DNA of 32,000 nucleotides from Methylorubrum extorquens (GTDB lineage Bacteria; Pseudomonadota; Alphaproteobacteria; Rhizobiales; Beijerinckiaceae): NCBI GenBank assembly GCA_900234795.1, contig LT962688.1, positions 3,180,001 to 3,212,000 of the forward strand, read 5' to 3'. Shown piece by piece: positions 29,601 to 32,000 of this stretch (position 1 is its first letter; each line of letters starts with the position of its first letter). The notes under the pieces were generated by a model. It saw only the letters and a program-made list of their open reading frames with translations, ran no database searches and was not told where the DNA came from. The position numbers and the translations under genes were made by a program.

Positions 29601-32000
29601 GTTGTTCGGCCGGATGATGACGGTGGTGCTGCCGCTGGCGACGGTGGCCGCGCCGTAGGTCTCGGAGTTCGAGACCGCATAGGCGTTGCCGCCGCCATTG
29701 GCCGAAAGGGTCAGGTTTCCGAGCGTGAACAGGGTCGCGTTGGCACCGATATTAACCTGCGCGATGAAGTTCCGGGTCTCGATGCTGGAATAGGCGCCGG
29801 CGCCCGACAGCGCACCGCCGGTCGTCAGCGAAACCTTGTCGTAGATGTTGATGCTGTTGTTCGCCGCCAGACGGATTCCGCCCGCGGTTCCGGCGCGGGC
29901 AACGGTGATCAGGTCGGCATTGCTTCCGACATCGACCCGCGTGGTGATGTCGAGAACCGTCGTGCTGTGCGCCGCCGCCCCGCTGGCCAGACCACCGGTC
30001 GAGCCGACGATGTTGGCCTGTCCGAGCTGCGGCTTGTTCACGGTGTTCGTCGCAGTCGCGAGGATATCGCGGGCCGTGACGCGGGAATTGACCCCGAACG
30101 TGGCTGTCACCGCGTGCGTGATCGTGTTGTTCACGATGGCGCCCGCACCGGCGAGGGCGCCGTAGCTGTCGGTGATGATCTGCCCGTTCATCGTGCCGAC
30201 GTGATCGGCGGAGAGATAGAACAGACCGGTGCTGTCGCCGCTCTTCGTCAGGTCGATGGTGACACCGGTGCCGAGTTCGGCCCGCGTGCTGCCGCCCATG
30301 CTGGTGCTGGCGCTGGCGGCGGTGCCCGAGACGAGGCCGCCGCTGCCGGAAATGCCCTTGGCGAAGTTGTCGTCGATGCCGGAGGCGGTGACGGTCATCG
30401 AGCCGGCATTGAGCGCGCCGAGGGACACCACGCGGGCGCTGGTCACGGTCGCCGAATTCGCCGACGAGACGGTCGCACCGGCCGCGACGAGGCCGATGCT
30501 GGCGCTGCTGGCGGTCGAGGTCTGCCGCGTGCTGCTCGTCGCGCTGACGGCGACCGCGCCGCTGACGGCCAGCACCGTGCCAACATCGATGAGGCCGCTG
30601 ACCGTGCTGCTGTTCTCGGCCAGGGTCACGGTCGAGTTGAGGCCGATCAAGCCGCCGACGGAGCCGGAGGCGGTCGCCGTCGCGGAGTCGCGGCCCGCCT
30701 GACGGGCGAGGTTGCCGAGCACCGACAGGCTTCCGGCCGTGATCGAGACGTTCTTCGTCGAGGCTCCGACCGTGGCGGCGACCTTGGCCTCGGCCACCGA
30801 GGCACCGATCGCGGCGGTGCCGGCATTGATGCCGTGGGCCGCGGCGTTGACGGAGGGAAGCGCCGTGGCGACCACGCTCACATTCGCGGCGGAGACCGAG
30901 CCGCCCTCGATGGCGGCGGTGACCGTCGGGCGCGCCTCGACCTTGGCGACGGAGCCGCCGGCCGCGAGGGCGAGCAATCCGCCGGCGACGGAGATGCCGA
31001 GCACCTGCGAGTCGATCGACGTTGTGTCACTGGCGCTGACGGCGACGTCGCCCGCGGACGTGACGCGGCTGTTGCTGATGCTGGCGCCCGTCGTGCTGGT
31101 GACGGTGTCGCCGGTGCCGGCGCCACCACCCGAAACCGAGACGCTGAAGGCCGAGACGCTGCCGGACATGGCCGCGGCCCGCGCCCGGCTCGTCAGGGTC
31201 GCGCTCTCCGTCGCGGTGACCGCGACGGAGCCGCGGGTGATGAGACCGCCGGTCGTGCCGAGATTGCGGATCGCCGCCGTGACGTTGTTGGCGATCACAT
31301 TGTCCGCCGCCGCGACGGCGAGGGCGAACGAGCCGCTGCCGAAAACGCCGAACGAGGCGGCCACCGAGGCCGCGCCGGTCTCGACGCTGAGGCTGGAGGT
31401 GTCGCGTGCCGAGACGGTCACGGTGCCGGCGGTGATCTTGTCGCCGGCTCCGTCGCCGTCGATCGCCGCGCTCACGATCGCGCCGATCCGGTTATGGGTG
31501 CCGGCACCCGCGCCTGCGGCGCTGACGGCGATGGCGCCGCCCGAGATCGCCACGGAACCGGCCGCGACCGTCGCCCGGATGGTCTGACCGGAATTGGCCG
31601 TCACGGACAGGTTGCCGCCCGCCTCGATCGTCGTGTTCTGCGATAGAGCCTCGATGAGGAGTGCGGCCGACTTCGTCGTCTTGTCCTGGCCGTTGACCCG
31701 CTGCGTGATCTCGCTGCCGATCAGGTTGGTGGCGACGCCGGTGCCGATGCTGGCTCCGACCGCGACACCGCCGATGCTGACGCCGGCCGCGAGTGCAGCG
31801 ACTTCCGCTACGATCCGGCTGTTGTTCGCGGCGGCGACCGCCACGTCACCGGCAGCATTCAGGCGGGCGTTGCTGACCCGCGCGCGGGTGGAGCCGCCGA
31901 TCATGTTGGTGGCGATGGCACCGCCGCCGGCCACCGAGACGGCGACGCCGCCGCCCGAGAGCGCCACGGCGGCCGCGGCGACGCGGGCGTTGATGCTGGA
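2688..32000 (-). CDS. giant secreted-type Ca-binding repeat protein (beta-helix N-part, Calx-beta-like modules, huge RTX-derived repeat array, RTX C-terminal region); 5' partial, start lies beyond the right edge
   Basis: Single stop-free frame of 29,313 nt ending in TGA at 2690..2688. The track 'start' at 31967 is an internal GTG. The 11 upstream in-frame codons (SSINARVAAAA) are also open and continue the repeat pattern. Contains hundreds of GGxGxD / GDxG motifs and canonical nonapeptide runs such as GGAGDDFLYGQQGDDWLSGGEGDDDITGG. Codons are GC3-rich (GGC, GAC, ACC, ATC, GTC). By visual scan there is only one Cys in 9,759 residues, which is typical of type I secretion substrates. Confidence 0.95.
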   Translation of the reverse strand, partial: SSINARVAAAAVALSGGGVAVSVAGGGAIATNMIGGSTRARVSNARLNAAGDVAVAAANNSRIVAEVAALAAGVSIGGVAVGASIGTGVATNLIGSEITQRVNGQDKTTKSAALLIEALSQNTTIEAGGNLSVTANSGQTIRATVAAGSVAISGGAIAVSAAGAGAGTHNRIGAIVSAAIDGDGAGDKITAGTVTVSARDTSSLSVETGAASVAASFGVFGSGSFALAVAAADNVIANNVTAAIRNLGTTGGLITRGSVAVTATESATLTSRARAAAMSGSVSAFSVSVSGGGAGTGDTVTSTTGASISNSRVTSAGDVAVSASDTTSIDSQVLGISVAGGLLALAAGGSVAKVEARPTVTAAIEGGSVSAANVSVVATALPSVNAAAHGINAGTAAIGASVAEAKVAATVGASTKNVSITAGSLSVLGNLARQAGRDSATATASGSVGGLIGLNSTVTLAENSSTVSGLIDVGTVLAVSGAVAVSATSSTRQTSTASSASIGLVAAGATVSSANSATVTSARVVSLGALNAGSMTVTASGIDDNFAKGISGSGGLVSGTAASASTSMGGSTRAELGTGVTIDLTKSGDSTGLFYLSADHVGTMNGQIITDSYGALAGAGAIVNNTITHAVTATFGVNSRVTARDILATATNTVNKPQLGQANIVGSTGGLASGAAAHSTTVLDITTRVDVGSNADLITVARAGTAGGIRLAANNSINIYDKVSLTTGGALSGAGAYSSIETRNFIAQVNIGANATLFTLGNLTLSANGGGNAYAVSNSETYGAATVASGSTTVIIRPNNAVNVGAGADITAYGDADLLVGTNKKAYDDAYDASATTDNFAGSAIPITSLAAKIRVEEINTIKIDGGATIKTAGNANLFTNRQGNSNAVARMKGTNWTTAVAGAIDSLLGGSAVTPVGDTQTGSIGTVIVDGTVVTGITRNISIVIDDMTRAPGNGAATLITGTVKLNGQKYDAAGNPIADSDNTKSFTITLADGATSASATLPKLPITISLGFANAQSNLIKAYEEATKGLSTYKDNATLQAYYQGEVNRIKAELLADGLAEFQTTFDGRTVLIPLYKQVQAITVSPFSAGAGGIIVRADALLGSGKLDAASDTKVEITNNSVASLVITGITMPESNGGTFFNDAQIPVTSSDDFNTRRQAIIAKNAASPDAAAAKAIAGGRDVNFQVLTAGGVVTKDSKSDISLKNTSGARNGNTAPSILIVGDIYAPTAVLNVATAAGGDLTITAKTTIKELKTDVGGTVAIGLTEDLRTYSVGGDPYGQIKAVLEAGSGPMTGKSASDIARALSGSQSSVIASGAVTIKAQYLNLNGLVQSGRDLYRIVIDQSVENEIQEILRNPYRTANLSTLTRDGYSASYNRQTGAIEIDEVVSTGGQINLTGVMLNTNAGVGELRALGGYAKVEVVNQLNRDVVLNRIDLSRRGIGTIDIKDLAYKTDVNGNGIADANDIAFRQTLIRQDAEGVVTRYSADLNSTGAEITKYNGSSTTQYDPKTGYRYAFTIGQGAKNTYSLTTGTSSWAGIDAFAKDPPPLSAFNKEITEKAALQPESAYYYIDASKSGYAFLGAPEYTRSAEKPKEVASWTTSTWYGKKTYYSKFQTVDYTETQATHSLQADYGIKIKFTGERTGTVSIDSQGSGRVLIAGGIKNDNGTTTITSGGTIQHLSSTAAITGSRVTLQAARGIGVGNGSNATDQALNVTTIGAGNTLKATTSAGNINLNVRTVDNELGIDKIAAGGGFDVKLVSTNGITVAGEGVVSGGSIKVIAGGRFGSEAAPIKLDGGTTARDKTDITAAGSIGIRELTGDLRLNSLTANGDVYIKVDAGNLLNVNNVSVRDDRVASQLINGVWKDLALTTEDANLKFERTLSAYESTRERDYNAYWAYRNQQADPSRYDSGFEITLSEKTGERAYYTALFTSQAKDAGITDAGAVKTYVDNAVKALETNRTLQYRVLHEQYGRYGDVYHADLSGDYATYWAIRGTQPNSGSFDSAYTVQGNAAALAKMQAATHAAPISGDALIARVTAQIAQLETDQGTRLTEAQIAQLYTTAIEAEARGTKLSGTVLTDYVSAQIKQITDSRTTDFNNLKLVFGSFDATNVTNFSAQYDQYWQMREAGDATTLQSQAYKDLDALFSGFGNHYVVKLGAAYDLYSTYLANGSTRISGAELASLTDQFTKDAGSQTLGEAALRLATSGKVAAAEAALKATYAALHLRFGGLGNSYDASTVAAETTAVQADYEAYWSYRNQQVDPSVYNAAFAPRLAGQALIDAVSAARTAAETENVSSTAIDAARTAAQDLRSAALTAQYRSLHSFFNSLPGSYNTADTPNTNALTASRKAAPAFFIDKATADAIDAGIKRWTQEELLSAVGQGLLKETTSTIVDKQDPIIKGANIKIVTSGNVGSVSGTSLIDIGPGAAPLTPDQQIDLGAAERSDLVFLTKASITTNVIFGQSGSNGTVIRQDGANWDTSAFFDKNGKLYNGTLYIGGVTPNASAETSVSYKIISVVGNVITVDKVFGSQGVARNIDIGVSIAVTGEAPRVTAEVAFDLLKAAPTTLTVSFSNDTASNQGVLTRTDGTAWDSTYTVGSTLYIAGATANTSAASTSVYRIASVNGSVIRLEATQLFVAETGVTVNVGVRSTDGTGVSVITRASGNFLGDGLTDGMLIGVAGTFGVMTGNATTKDTSFTIKQASASTLILESGSTLKTESARSVVLFQSAKDAGNPFNQITKLLIQKRKAVVIEGTGALDVTANTQIFINTAALLTVGRVESVTGKEIRLKSSTGLLNGGAADAVNIKGGDTVLEGGDGSVGTATRVIGIDLTTGSTLAVRAARDIFVTARNGDLNLESAFSQGGDVTFVSDRGSILDGVHTDTNKIVAANVYLKAAGSIGAKGDAIEMKLTGTVRAGATGDIVLTETETSMKVLAVTTKGDVVLAAKASILDAGDLSDPRDIDSAPVAGSGRANVSGHSITLTALDGIGVAGDEFEIDSNVDRTTDGVVTLQSGLSNLYVLESAGDLNLASVGTDAQRTAFVTAVAGSILNGSTNYNETTGGSSNLRSGKAYLVASGSIGSETKRIVANMRTLAGDQYGGLEARSINGDIWLWNIGGLRVGGVTSDTTGLQAARGRIGIRTSSPLTIDKDIISSGDIIEQAGETGSSGDDLTVKAGVTIFSTGGSVTLNAGDNLLVEAGAVVKAKGTITLRSDFSASGTPDNTASKITLSGTFVGSSILIESGGNGDEIVLDGTFTTGQRTISGGTTAATIVEGTITRSGSIELRAGEGDNTITMVGAYSTGALIISAGSGSDTLADTQVVGSDTRKAEVGADSVTIALGAGANTVGLGGTYVVTNAVQLTTLGGADIIGLTGSVDAGSFTLDAGEGDNRLTLSGAYKARNALTIRTGAGNDRIDLQGSYTAGSMEISAGTGAGRNDLTLNGIYRIAGALTIVGGSGIDTLTDSATTDITAGSLSINLGDGINTANLVGGYDIAGAMEFITGSADDVITLNGGIKAASYTLDAGGGNNKITLAGTYTVTNAITIRTGAGNDIIDLKGSYTASSTTVNAGAGDNALTLTGTYKIADAFTITAAGGSDTLTDLRVTNGVVDKASVEATSLAIDLGDGANTVTLAGMYRIAAAFRLTTGSGLDIVSDHRKAGQTVTDALDLTANSITIALGDGDNEVALAGTLTAADSFSLVSGSGNDTVVDAALDGTTPLRSATLTGKTIDVNLGAGNNTLTLLGTTIATSTLALTSLGGQDRFALRGRVRAAATAIRLGSGDDRLDLAVSEIAGNTKVFGEDGADTINVDRLPSLTSRTGSTTDTLDIDGGQDTDTIRIQLAGASSYRINVTDSGNPDRGVDTLTILGTDAADQFLMRRNFVALVHPNADGTYPVNAVVERINYDMSINGRVIVEGGKGDDRFAMDDNAALMTIDGGEGNDFFQVGQVFATPRDVPNGLLVEDAFETTKLSFGGYLSRGISIPAVIYGGLGDDTFQIYSNKADLRLEGEDGDDVFIVRAFATASENKIKLNAGAGNDRIEYNINALLDIDGGSGFNKIVALGTEFADTFVVTRDGIFGAGLSIRFTNIQAVEVDGLEGDDTFYVLSTPAGVVTTLIGGLGSDTFHVAGDVSGEVVARDAKGNAAVINHTISSTDPAFNGLFVPGINASVSAADAGAVSDGGGLTLREDSGITTPDAAGSRVGTYKIAPPAPKAAPLGVNDWAVVTVSAAQSSAQMRALAGNAGTVEISTDGITWADALTLRFTAILDTVSNTYVWSADRTIFVRAKSDTALEGDQNVAIGHSVISSHAEVNGTFVRNTLVKVIDNDKPGLIITESGGATSVIEGNGNKPQNRDDYTIVLNNAPLLGEEVRVTLNVSSTEVVFSDGNGNLLPRDGNGRAYLTFTLTNWNQPQTVLVSSPADLKPENRFVAEITHTVTSSLNGTATEGFFKAALVGQPMVRVQVTDGNTAGVVVTPKEGGVVVTPNQTSYYDVVLTMQPKAPVTITLAGDGQTITSSADSRFKAANGTNPATITFTAADWDRAVRVTVARDPNGARTTSDLKTFSRQPHELSGIEGPLVLEGGVGPESRSLTLAIALPGENNPVVGRTIADDGLPDFDKVTLYNDSTTAGVSGTVSATHIDGFGMSTNDVTTATSSSNTVRTFEGGVTYSGMRSVELLLGSGADTVTVTGTAIGTLTAIHAGGGADTITVTGSQGTLALFGDTTADGSRYDSTFEKQTGRGYGFRDEGTLDRDNTVVSLNDIIDASGATGLVIIDGGAGNDTITGGKGRNIIAGGTGNDTIVGGPAADTILGDSSLNLDDVRRIVTIADPFIDQPRAAGTDTIDAKGGDNVIVGDHAQIYQDGSAAAGIALEGTHVVSRIVSTFTGIGGGDLITATDGNNIVIGGFGADTITAGAGNHVILGDNGEAVFDSGVLTSLRSIAGTTGDADTIKASDGDTTIIGGAGKDGITVGKGTHVILGDTGEARFVPGTRNINGVTVPVPVLTSIKTADDEAAVGDDDSIETGDGNVTVIGGAGADKITLGKGTQVVLGDSGAATFTNGKIATITAIATAIGGGDTITASDGDTTIIGGAGADTIDVGAGNHVILGDNGKAVFTAGALVSIESIDPEIGDNDAVTARDGNATVIGGAGADKITLGKGTQVVLGDSGSATFTDGKIATITSVATAIGGGDTITASEGDTTIIGGAGADTIDVGAGNHVILGDNGRAVFTAGALVSIESIDPGIGGNDVITAKDGNVTALGGAGADRITLGQGTQVVLGDSGSATFANGKIQDITAIATEIGGNDTITAADGDTTIIGGAGSDGIDVGAGNHVILGDSGKARFSAGALVSIESIDPAIGGDDTVTAKDGNVTVIGGAGADRITLGKGTQVVLGDSGSATFVDGIIATVTSTATEIGGNDTIAATEGDTTILGGAGADTIKVGAGNHVILGDSGKAVFRNGRAQRIESITPEVGGADIITAEDGASRIIGGAGGDTITTGAGNHVILGDSGEADFTVTVTNGVTTSVLARIATTAPSIGGSDTITFGAGNNVVLGGMGGDTIRGGDKGAVILGDNGIVTFDALGLMQRALSFDTAIGGDDTITIGDGNNVVLGGTGRDTITIGDGNNVVLGDSGQADFEAGIIVEIASISPEVGDKDTIALGSGRNTVIGGAGGDSITAGLRNGVKLGTDTNVILGDAGHARLTTAGLPIVVETTYDNVGGDDTITVGDGVAVILGGSGSDIIAAGNGRSTVLGDNGQATFDAQGRVLQAATTAATAGARDEITLGDGGSVVIGGVGADKIQTGSGVDVILGDNGSAVFLNGVLVSIETMESTFGGGDAIVAGEGDNVVFGGVGADDITTGAGLDIILGDDGAATFAQGKLVRVSTKNESVAGDDIIRAGDGDNVVLGGSGSDTITTGIGADLVFGDNGAVDFVDGVLREALSERVGGGGRDTIVTGAGADLIIGGLGGDIVDAGKDDTDADIVFGDNGHITFDALGRVSLAETVDPTLGGDDEILAGAGANLILGGAGSDAITTGAGADIVLGDNGTVIFAGGIRLEAKSDLSGGTRDTIVTGAGADLVIGGLGGDTIDAGKLDADDDIVIGDSGHITFDELGRVIRAEATDPTAGGDDSIDAGSGNNIVIGGAGSDTITTGAGADVVLGDNGAVTFAGGIRLELTSGRDGGAGDTITTGAGADLVLGGLGADTIDAGKNDADADIVFGDNGHVTFDGQGRVKRAESLDFGIGDDDSIDVGGGDNIVVGGTGADRITALGGNDVVLGDDGRATFETSGRVQRAESFDLGFGGNDTIDVGAGDNVVIAGAGSDVVTALGGNDAVIGDGGYAEFEAGMCVVFVSADATGAGNDRIAVGDGDNVVLGGSGTDTIMTGAGADVVLGDNGTIRFAGGIRLEIVSDRIGGASDTITTGAGADLVLGGLGGDTIDAGQADTDADIVFGDNGHVTFNATGGVIRAESFDAGFGGNDEIKVGAGDNLVIGGTGADIVTALGGGDIVIGDNGYAVFEAGVRIEFASTDTADGGNDRIEAGDGDNVVIGGSGSDTVTTGTGADVVLGDNGLVAYELGIRARVVSDRNGGARDVIATGAGADVVLGGLGADTIDAGRLDTDADVVFGDDGHVTFDAQGRVKRAESLDPGFGDDDTIDVGGGDNLVIGGTGADVITALGGNDIVLGDQGYALFAAGVRVEVASTETSDGGNDRIETGDGDNVVLGGSGNDTITTGAGADLVLGDDGRATFETSGRVKRAESFDLGFGGNDTINVGAGDNVVIAGAGSDVVTALGGSDAVIGDGGYAEFEAGLRVVFVSADATGAGNDRIAVGDGDNVVLGGSGTDTITTGAGADVVLGDNGTIRFAGGIRLEIVSDRIGGASDTITTGAGADLVLGGLGGDVIDAGQADTDADIVFGDNGHVTFDATGGVIRAESFDAGFGGNDEIKVGGGDNLVIGGTGADVIAALGGNDIVLGDQGYALFAAGVRVEVASTETSDGGNDRIEVGDGDNLVIGGSGSDTVTTGAGADVVLGDNGLATFELGIRARIVSDRNGGARDTITTGAGADVVLGGLGADTIDAGQADADADVVFGDDGQITFDAQGRVKRAETLDVGFGDDDEIMVGGGDNLVIGGAGSDVVTALGGNDVVIGDHGYAVFEAGVRVEFASTDTTDAGNDRIEAGDGENIVLGGSGSDTVVTGTGGDIVLGDNGLVRFERGIRAVVQSSRDGGTRDVLRSGAGADVVLGGLGADTIDAGRDDADADIVLGDDGRLTFDAQGRLKRAESLDPTFGDDDTIYVGGGDNVVIGGAGTDTITALGGNDVILGDNGTALFEGGVRVAFASTDPDDGARDVIKGGDGDNVVIGSAGSDDITTGSGADIVLGDMGVVTFENGLVREVYTTDERRGAGDVIRGGDGDNLVFGGAGRDEITTGKGADLILGDFGEASFTGGRLVRVATLNSNRGDDDTIVAGDGDNVVLGGFGSDTITAGSGADVVLGDNGLATFRTDGKRILVRTTDVEIGGTDTIAAGDGDNLALGGVDADTITTGKGADVILGDFGSVGYDAAGLLAQILSTDTGLGGNDTITAGDGSDTIIGGFGSDTITAGDGAKTVLGDSGQLDYAAGVLTLAQSLTPALGVADTIKLGNGRKLVIGGAGSDLVDGQSGDAIVISDAGLVRLANGLPVHAESTDVAVSGDDTVTLGAGNGVVLGGSGADRLTLGTGRSVALGDNGTVDFDDQARPVEITSTMPEVGGRDVIVVGDGGSVVIGGFGADTISTGSGSDVILGDNGAVTLSAFIPVFVRTTSAAVGDADEIRAGEGDNVVLGGVGGDTIVTGSGRDTVFGDAGQVRFDVKGLVERAESLDTGIGGDDTIEAGAGDNLVIAGLGADTITTLGGNDAALGDNGTAVFAGGVRVSLATTAPADGGKDTLLLGDGDNLALGGTDADTITTGNGADVILGDFGSISYDAAGLLAQILSTDTGLGGNDTITAGDGSDTVLGGFGSDTITAADGAKTVLGDSGQLDYAAGVLTLIQTLTPTIGAADTIKLGNGRKLVIGGAGSDLIDGGSGDAIVIGDAGLVRLANGLPVRVETTDVAVSGDDTVTLGAGNGVVLGGSGADRLTLGTGRSVVLGDNGSVDLDASARPVEITSTAPEVGGRDVIVVGDGGSVVIGGFGADTISTGSGADVVFGDNGVVTLSAYLPVFVRTTNAAVGDADAIRAGEGDNVVLGGVGGDTIVTGAGRDTVFGDAGQVRFDAKGLVERAESLDTAIGGDDTIEAGAGDNLVIAGVGADTITTLGGNDAVLGDNGVAVFAGGVRVSLATTAPTAGGKDTLLLGDGDNLALGGADADTITTGKGADVILGDFGSISYDAAGLLTQVLSTDTGLGGDDTIEAGAGDNLVLGGFGGDAITTEIGADVILGDSGEVLYAGGRLVQARSLDAGIGGRDAIKADEGANIVIGGMDADVIETGSGHDVILGDSGLVRRDADGLAQAVSTDTAMGGDDTIRAGEGDNLVLGGFGSDTIDTGAGADIVLGDSGEARFERGLIASVTTLDALNGAGDTIRAGEGDNLVFGGLGGDAITTGTGNDILVGDQGRAGFSGGVLVLLETIDPSAGGDDQIVAGNGDNFVLGGVGADRIITGAGADMILGDNGRADLALVAGRAVIRRVASTDPLAGSDDRIEAGDGNDFAAGGTGADVILGGGGHDVLFGDHMLYDRALPVNQRAVSIFAAATDGGGNDSIEGGAGDDFLYGQQGDDWLSGGEGDDDITGGHNVLGGADGDDLINGGVGADVILGDNGVITRNVLVDDVKSVTWQRNPGAFADTVMRDVLRFDLIDFVGGNDAIAGGAGDDRIFGQMGDDLIYGEEGSDEIVGGLGRDRIDGGTDVDYLLGDEGRIVRAFTKDSAAVLNSDGTWHRDVVLEEIGTVTAAIATDAQSAAARTADLAEKLAQADLVLAVGARDGSGTRLTTAGGAWATSALTVSLARADDDIIAGGDGNDVLFGQRGNDKLIGDAGDDLIYGDRASNLSETASDRPTIVNAIRLIGAAAETGLVLPLGGEVVVPALNLVPGAFGAGAPRIEVYPSMAGVVSDIAGSDPIRRSDGAIVTVTASLVPSLYGTNNVLAGNEVIDGGAGNDTIYGDSSETYTLDVTAYAALNGQIDKVSASASDLLGVFATLSRGVDLLQGGPSRTITYGNDHIIGGEGDDFIVGDAARTIVQGSGPLRSLSVEAALALSDALSDMRSVITDLAMTGRVAQAAVTAKLEAMAQRPLNEILAYGLPEGMGANHVVSIGNDIIEGGAGDDLAVGDTLVLFQPGVARGLAVHDPATASQAAQVEAAVFTRAGERFSAMQQHLAVDYPVDLKSVALHWIVTIASRGDSFLTGNDRIDGGDGNDLLIGDTGFIQLPAANATQSQRATAATLAEDRAQVEARVLGAGATGIEGDLDAWNRSAWDALAGSVVSWRNPLYGGLAWRSPFGFGGQQNLTAAYRGWIGAPRDARFDLQSVLFDIRFILGVPDAAPPASGVYAGAIKAGEDVIAGGAGNNRIFGAKATLVPTVDADGRMVGPNSFTVLLPTNLGMLQGSFTPMMFPNSIGVINTAGVGTQFVNFHYGVAVAGKWGASSLATYMQTYGASAANPFGPNAAAPQYGVPQGAQTGADQVSEGDSGIKVIGFHKKRAIWSFDAGVTLPSFSATAANTLTPTSVAGRPATIEAIAHKPVLANEVIRSIEGGDIILRGASRPASNPSKYDTWFFDEAKGSLVEQAKSEDDILFLAKRFGDPTLPMK
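4980..5840 (-). other. canonical contiguous RTX nonapeptide (GGxGxDxUx) blocks
   Basis: Three blocks: GGGNDSIEGGAGDDFLYGQQGDDWLSGGEGDDDITGGHNVLGGADGDDLINGGVGADVILGDNG (~5640-5840), GGNDAIAGGAGDDRIFGQMGDDLIYGEEGSDEIVGGLGRDRIDGGTDVDYLLGDEG (~5365-5535) and AGGDGNDVLFGQRGNDKLIGDAGDDLIYGD (~4980-5080). Confidence 0.85.
6870..9440 (-). repeat. 1206-nt (402-aa, seven-unit) super-repeat, two full copies plus partial flanking copies
   Basis: acgtcggc(a/c/g)cc starts at 6961, 8167 and 9373, exactly 1206 nt apart. gtcg(t/t)(c/t)(a/g)ccgcccag(a/g)cccgt occurs at 6870 and 8076. At protein level, GDFGS(V/I)(G/S)YDAAGLLAQILSTDTGLGGNDTITAGDGSDT... through ...LLLGDGDNLALGG(T/A)DADTITTG(N/K)GADVIL is repeated. 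Confidence 0.85.
11140..13190 (-). repeat. near-identical ~650-nt segment present twice at a 1389-nt (463-aa, eight-unit) offset, inside an A-B-C three-unit (~173-aa) periodicity
   Basis: gaagaccacg occurs at 11571 and 12960, ccgctggtctcgaaggtggcgcgaccgtcgtcaccgagcac at 11758 and 13147, and ttgtc(a/g)ccg(c/g)cgccgacctt(a/g)atctcgtcgttgccgccgaagccggcatcgaagct at 11161 and 12550. All three pairs are offset by 1389. At protein level, FETSGRV(Q/K)RAESFDLGFGGNDTI...EIKVG(A/G)GDNLVIGGTGAD appears twice. Confidence 0.8.
15480..16920 (-). repeat. four tandem copies of a 342-nt (114-aa, two-unit) super-repeat
   Basis: The homologous strings (c/g)(t/g)gaa(g/c)(c/a)(g/c)...ttgccg(c/t)tgtc(g/a)cc(g/c)aggat(g/c)acgtggtt start at 15637, 15979, 16321 and 16663, exactly 342 nt apart. 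The 16321 and 16663 copies are identical at roughly nine in ten positions by eye. Confidence 0.8.
18200..19400 (-). other. three Calx-beta / Ig-like beta-sandwich modules
   Basis: Three ~110-140-aa segments end in VKVIDNDKPG (~19025-19050), VRVQVTDGN (~18610-18640) and VRVTVARD (~18360-18385). They contain internal phrases such as LTFTLTNWNQPQTVLV and ITFTAADWDRAVRVTV, typical of Calx-beta-like domains. The assignment rests on motifs only. Confidence 0.5.
19400..20640 (-). other. Asp-rich module with irregularly spaced single Ca-binding-type turns (GGxGxDxF)
   Basis: IDGGQDTDTIRI, VEGGKGDDRFAM, IDGGEGNDFFQV, IYGGLGDDTFQI, LEGEDGDDVFIV, LNAGAGNDRIEY, IDGGSGFNKIVAL, VDGLEGDDTFYV and LIGGLGSDTFHV, spaced roughly 20-45 aa apart. 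Confidence 0.5.
20640..22300 (-). repeat. about 20+ degenerate 20-25-aa repeats, consensus roughly G-x-G-x-(D/N)-x-(I/L)-x-L-x-G-x-Y-x-x-x-x-A-x-x-(I/L)
   Basis: Examples: GEGDNRLTLSGAYKARNALTIRT, GAGNDRIDLQGSYTAGSMEISA, GTGAGRNDLTLNGIYRIAGALTIVG, GGGNNKITLAGTYTVTNAITIRT, GAGNDIIDLKGSYTASSTTVNA, GAGDNALTLTGTYKIADAFTITA and GDGANTVTLAGMYRIAAAFRLTT. The spacing is solenoid-like but the unit is not the 9-aa RTX unit. Confidence 0.6.
23820..24630 (-). repeat. three tandem ~80-100-aa modules of unknown type
   Basis: Module 1: GTVIRQDGANWDTSAFFDKNGKLYNGTLYIGGVTPNASAETSVSYKIISVVGNVITVDKVF. Module 2: GVLTRTDGTAWDSTYTVGSTLYIAGATANTSAASTSVYRIASVNGSVIRLEATQLF. Module 3 is weaker: SVITRASGNFLGDGLTDGMLIGVAG...TGNATTKDTSFTIKQASASTLILESG. 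Confidence 0.5.
24950..26450 (-). other. non-beta, probably alpha-helical insert with four to five ~110-140-aa modules carrying a DYxxYWxxR motif
   Basis: The motif occurs four times: RDYNAYWAYRNQQADPSRYDSGF (~26275-26340), GDYATYWAIRGTQPNSGSFDSAY (~25985-26050), AQYDQYWQMREAGD (~25615-25665) and ADYEAYWSYRNQQVDPSVYNAAF (~25195-25262). Each is preceded by a Y..LH..(F/Y)G..G..Y-like element (QYRVLHEQYGRYGDVY, TYAALHLRFGGLGNSY, QYRSLHSFFNSLPGSY). The surrounding sequence is Ala/Glu/Gln/Leu-rich. Confidence 0.55.
29550..32000 (-). repeat. Ala/Gly/Ser/Thr/Val-rich low-complexity beta-helix-like repeats (N-terminal-most part visible)
   Basis: Degenerate segments such as GDVAVAAANNSRIVAEVAALAAGVSIGG, GSVAVTATESATLTSRARAAAMSGS, SRVTSAGDVAVSASDTTSIDSQVLGISVAGG and VSITAGSLSVLGNLARQAG. 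These resemble the strand-turn repeats of hemagglutinin/autotransporter-type passenger beta-helices. The assignment rests on pattern only. Confidence 0.55.

Noticed and set aside
4182-31646. Other long plus-strand ORFs inside the giant gene (4182..6230, 14899..17427, 21033..23987, 25029..26681, 28518..31646 and the many 60-400-aa ones)
   Set aside because: Same antisense or off-frame shadow effect in a high-GC, TA-poor repeat gene. The products are low-complexity (Pro/Ser/Thr/Ala-rich or Asp/Ala/Arg/Gly-rich), and all are wholly nested in the much longer minus-strand ORF.
1-32000. Mobile element, prophage or integron content
   Set aside because: No transposase, integrase or recombinase-like translation appears in any frame. 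I noticed no terminal inverted repeats or att-like duplications, and the only repeats are in-frame coding repeats.
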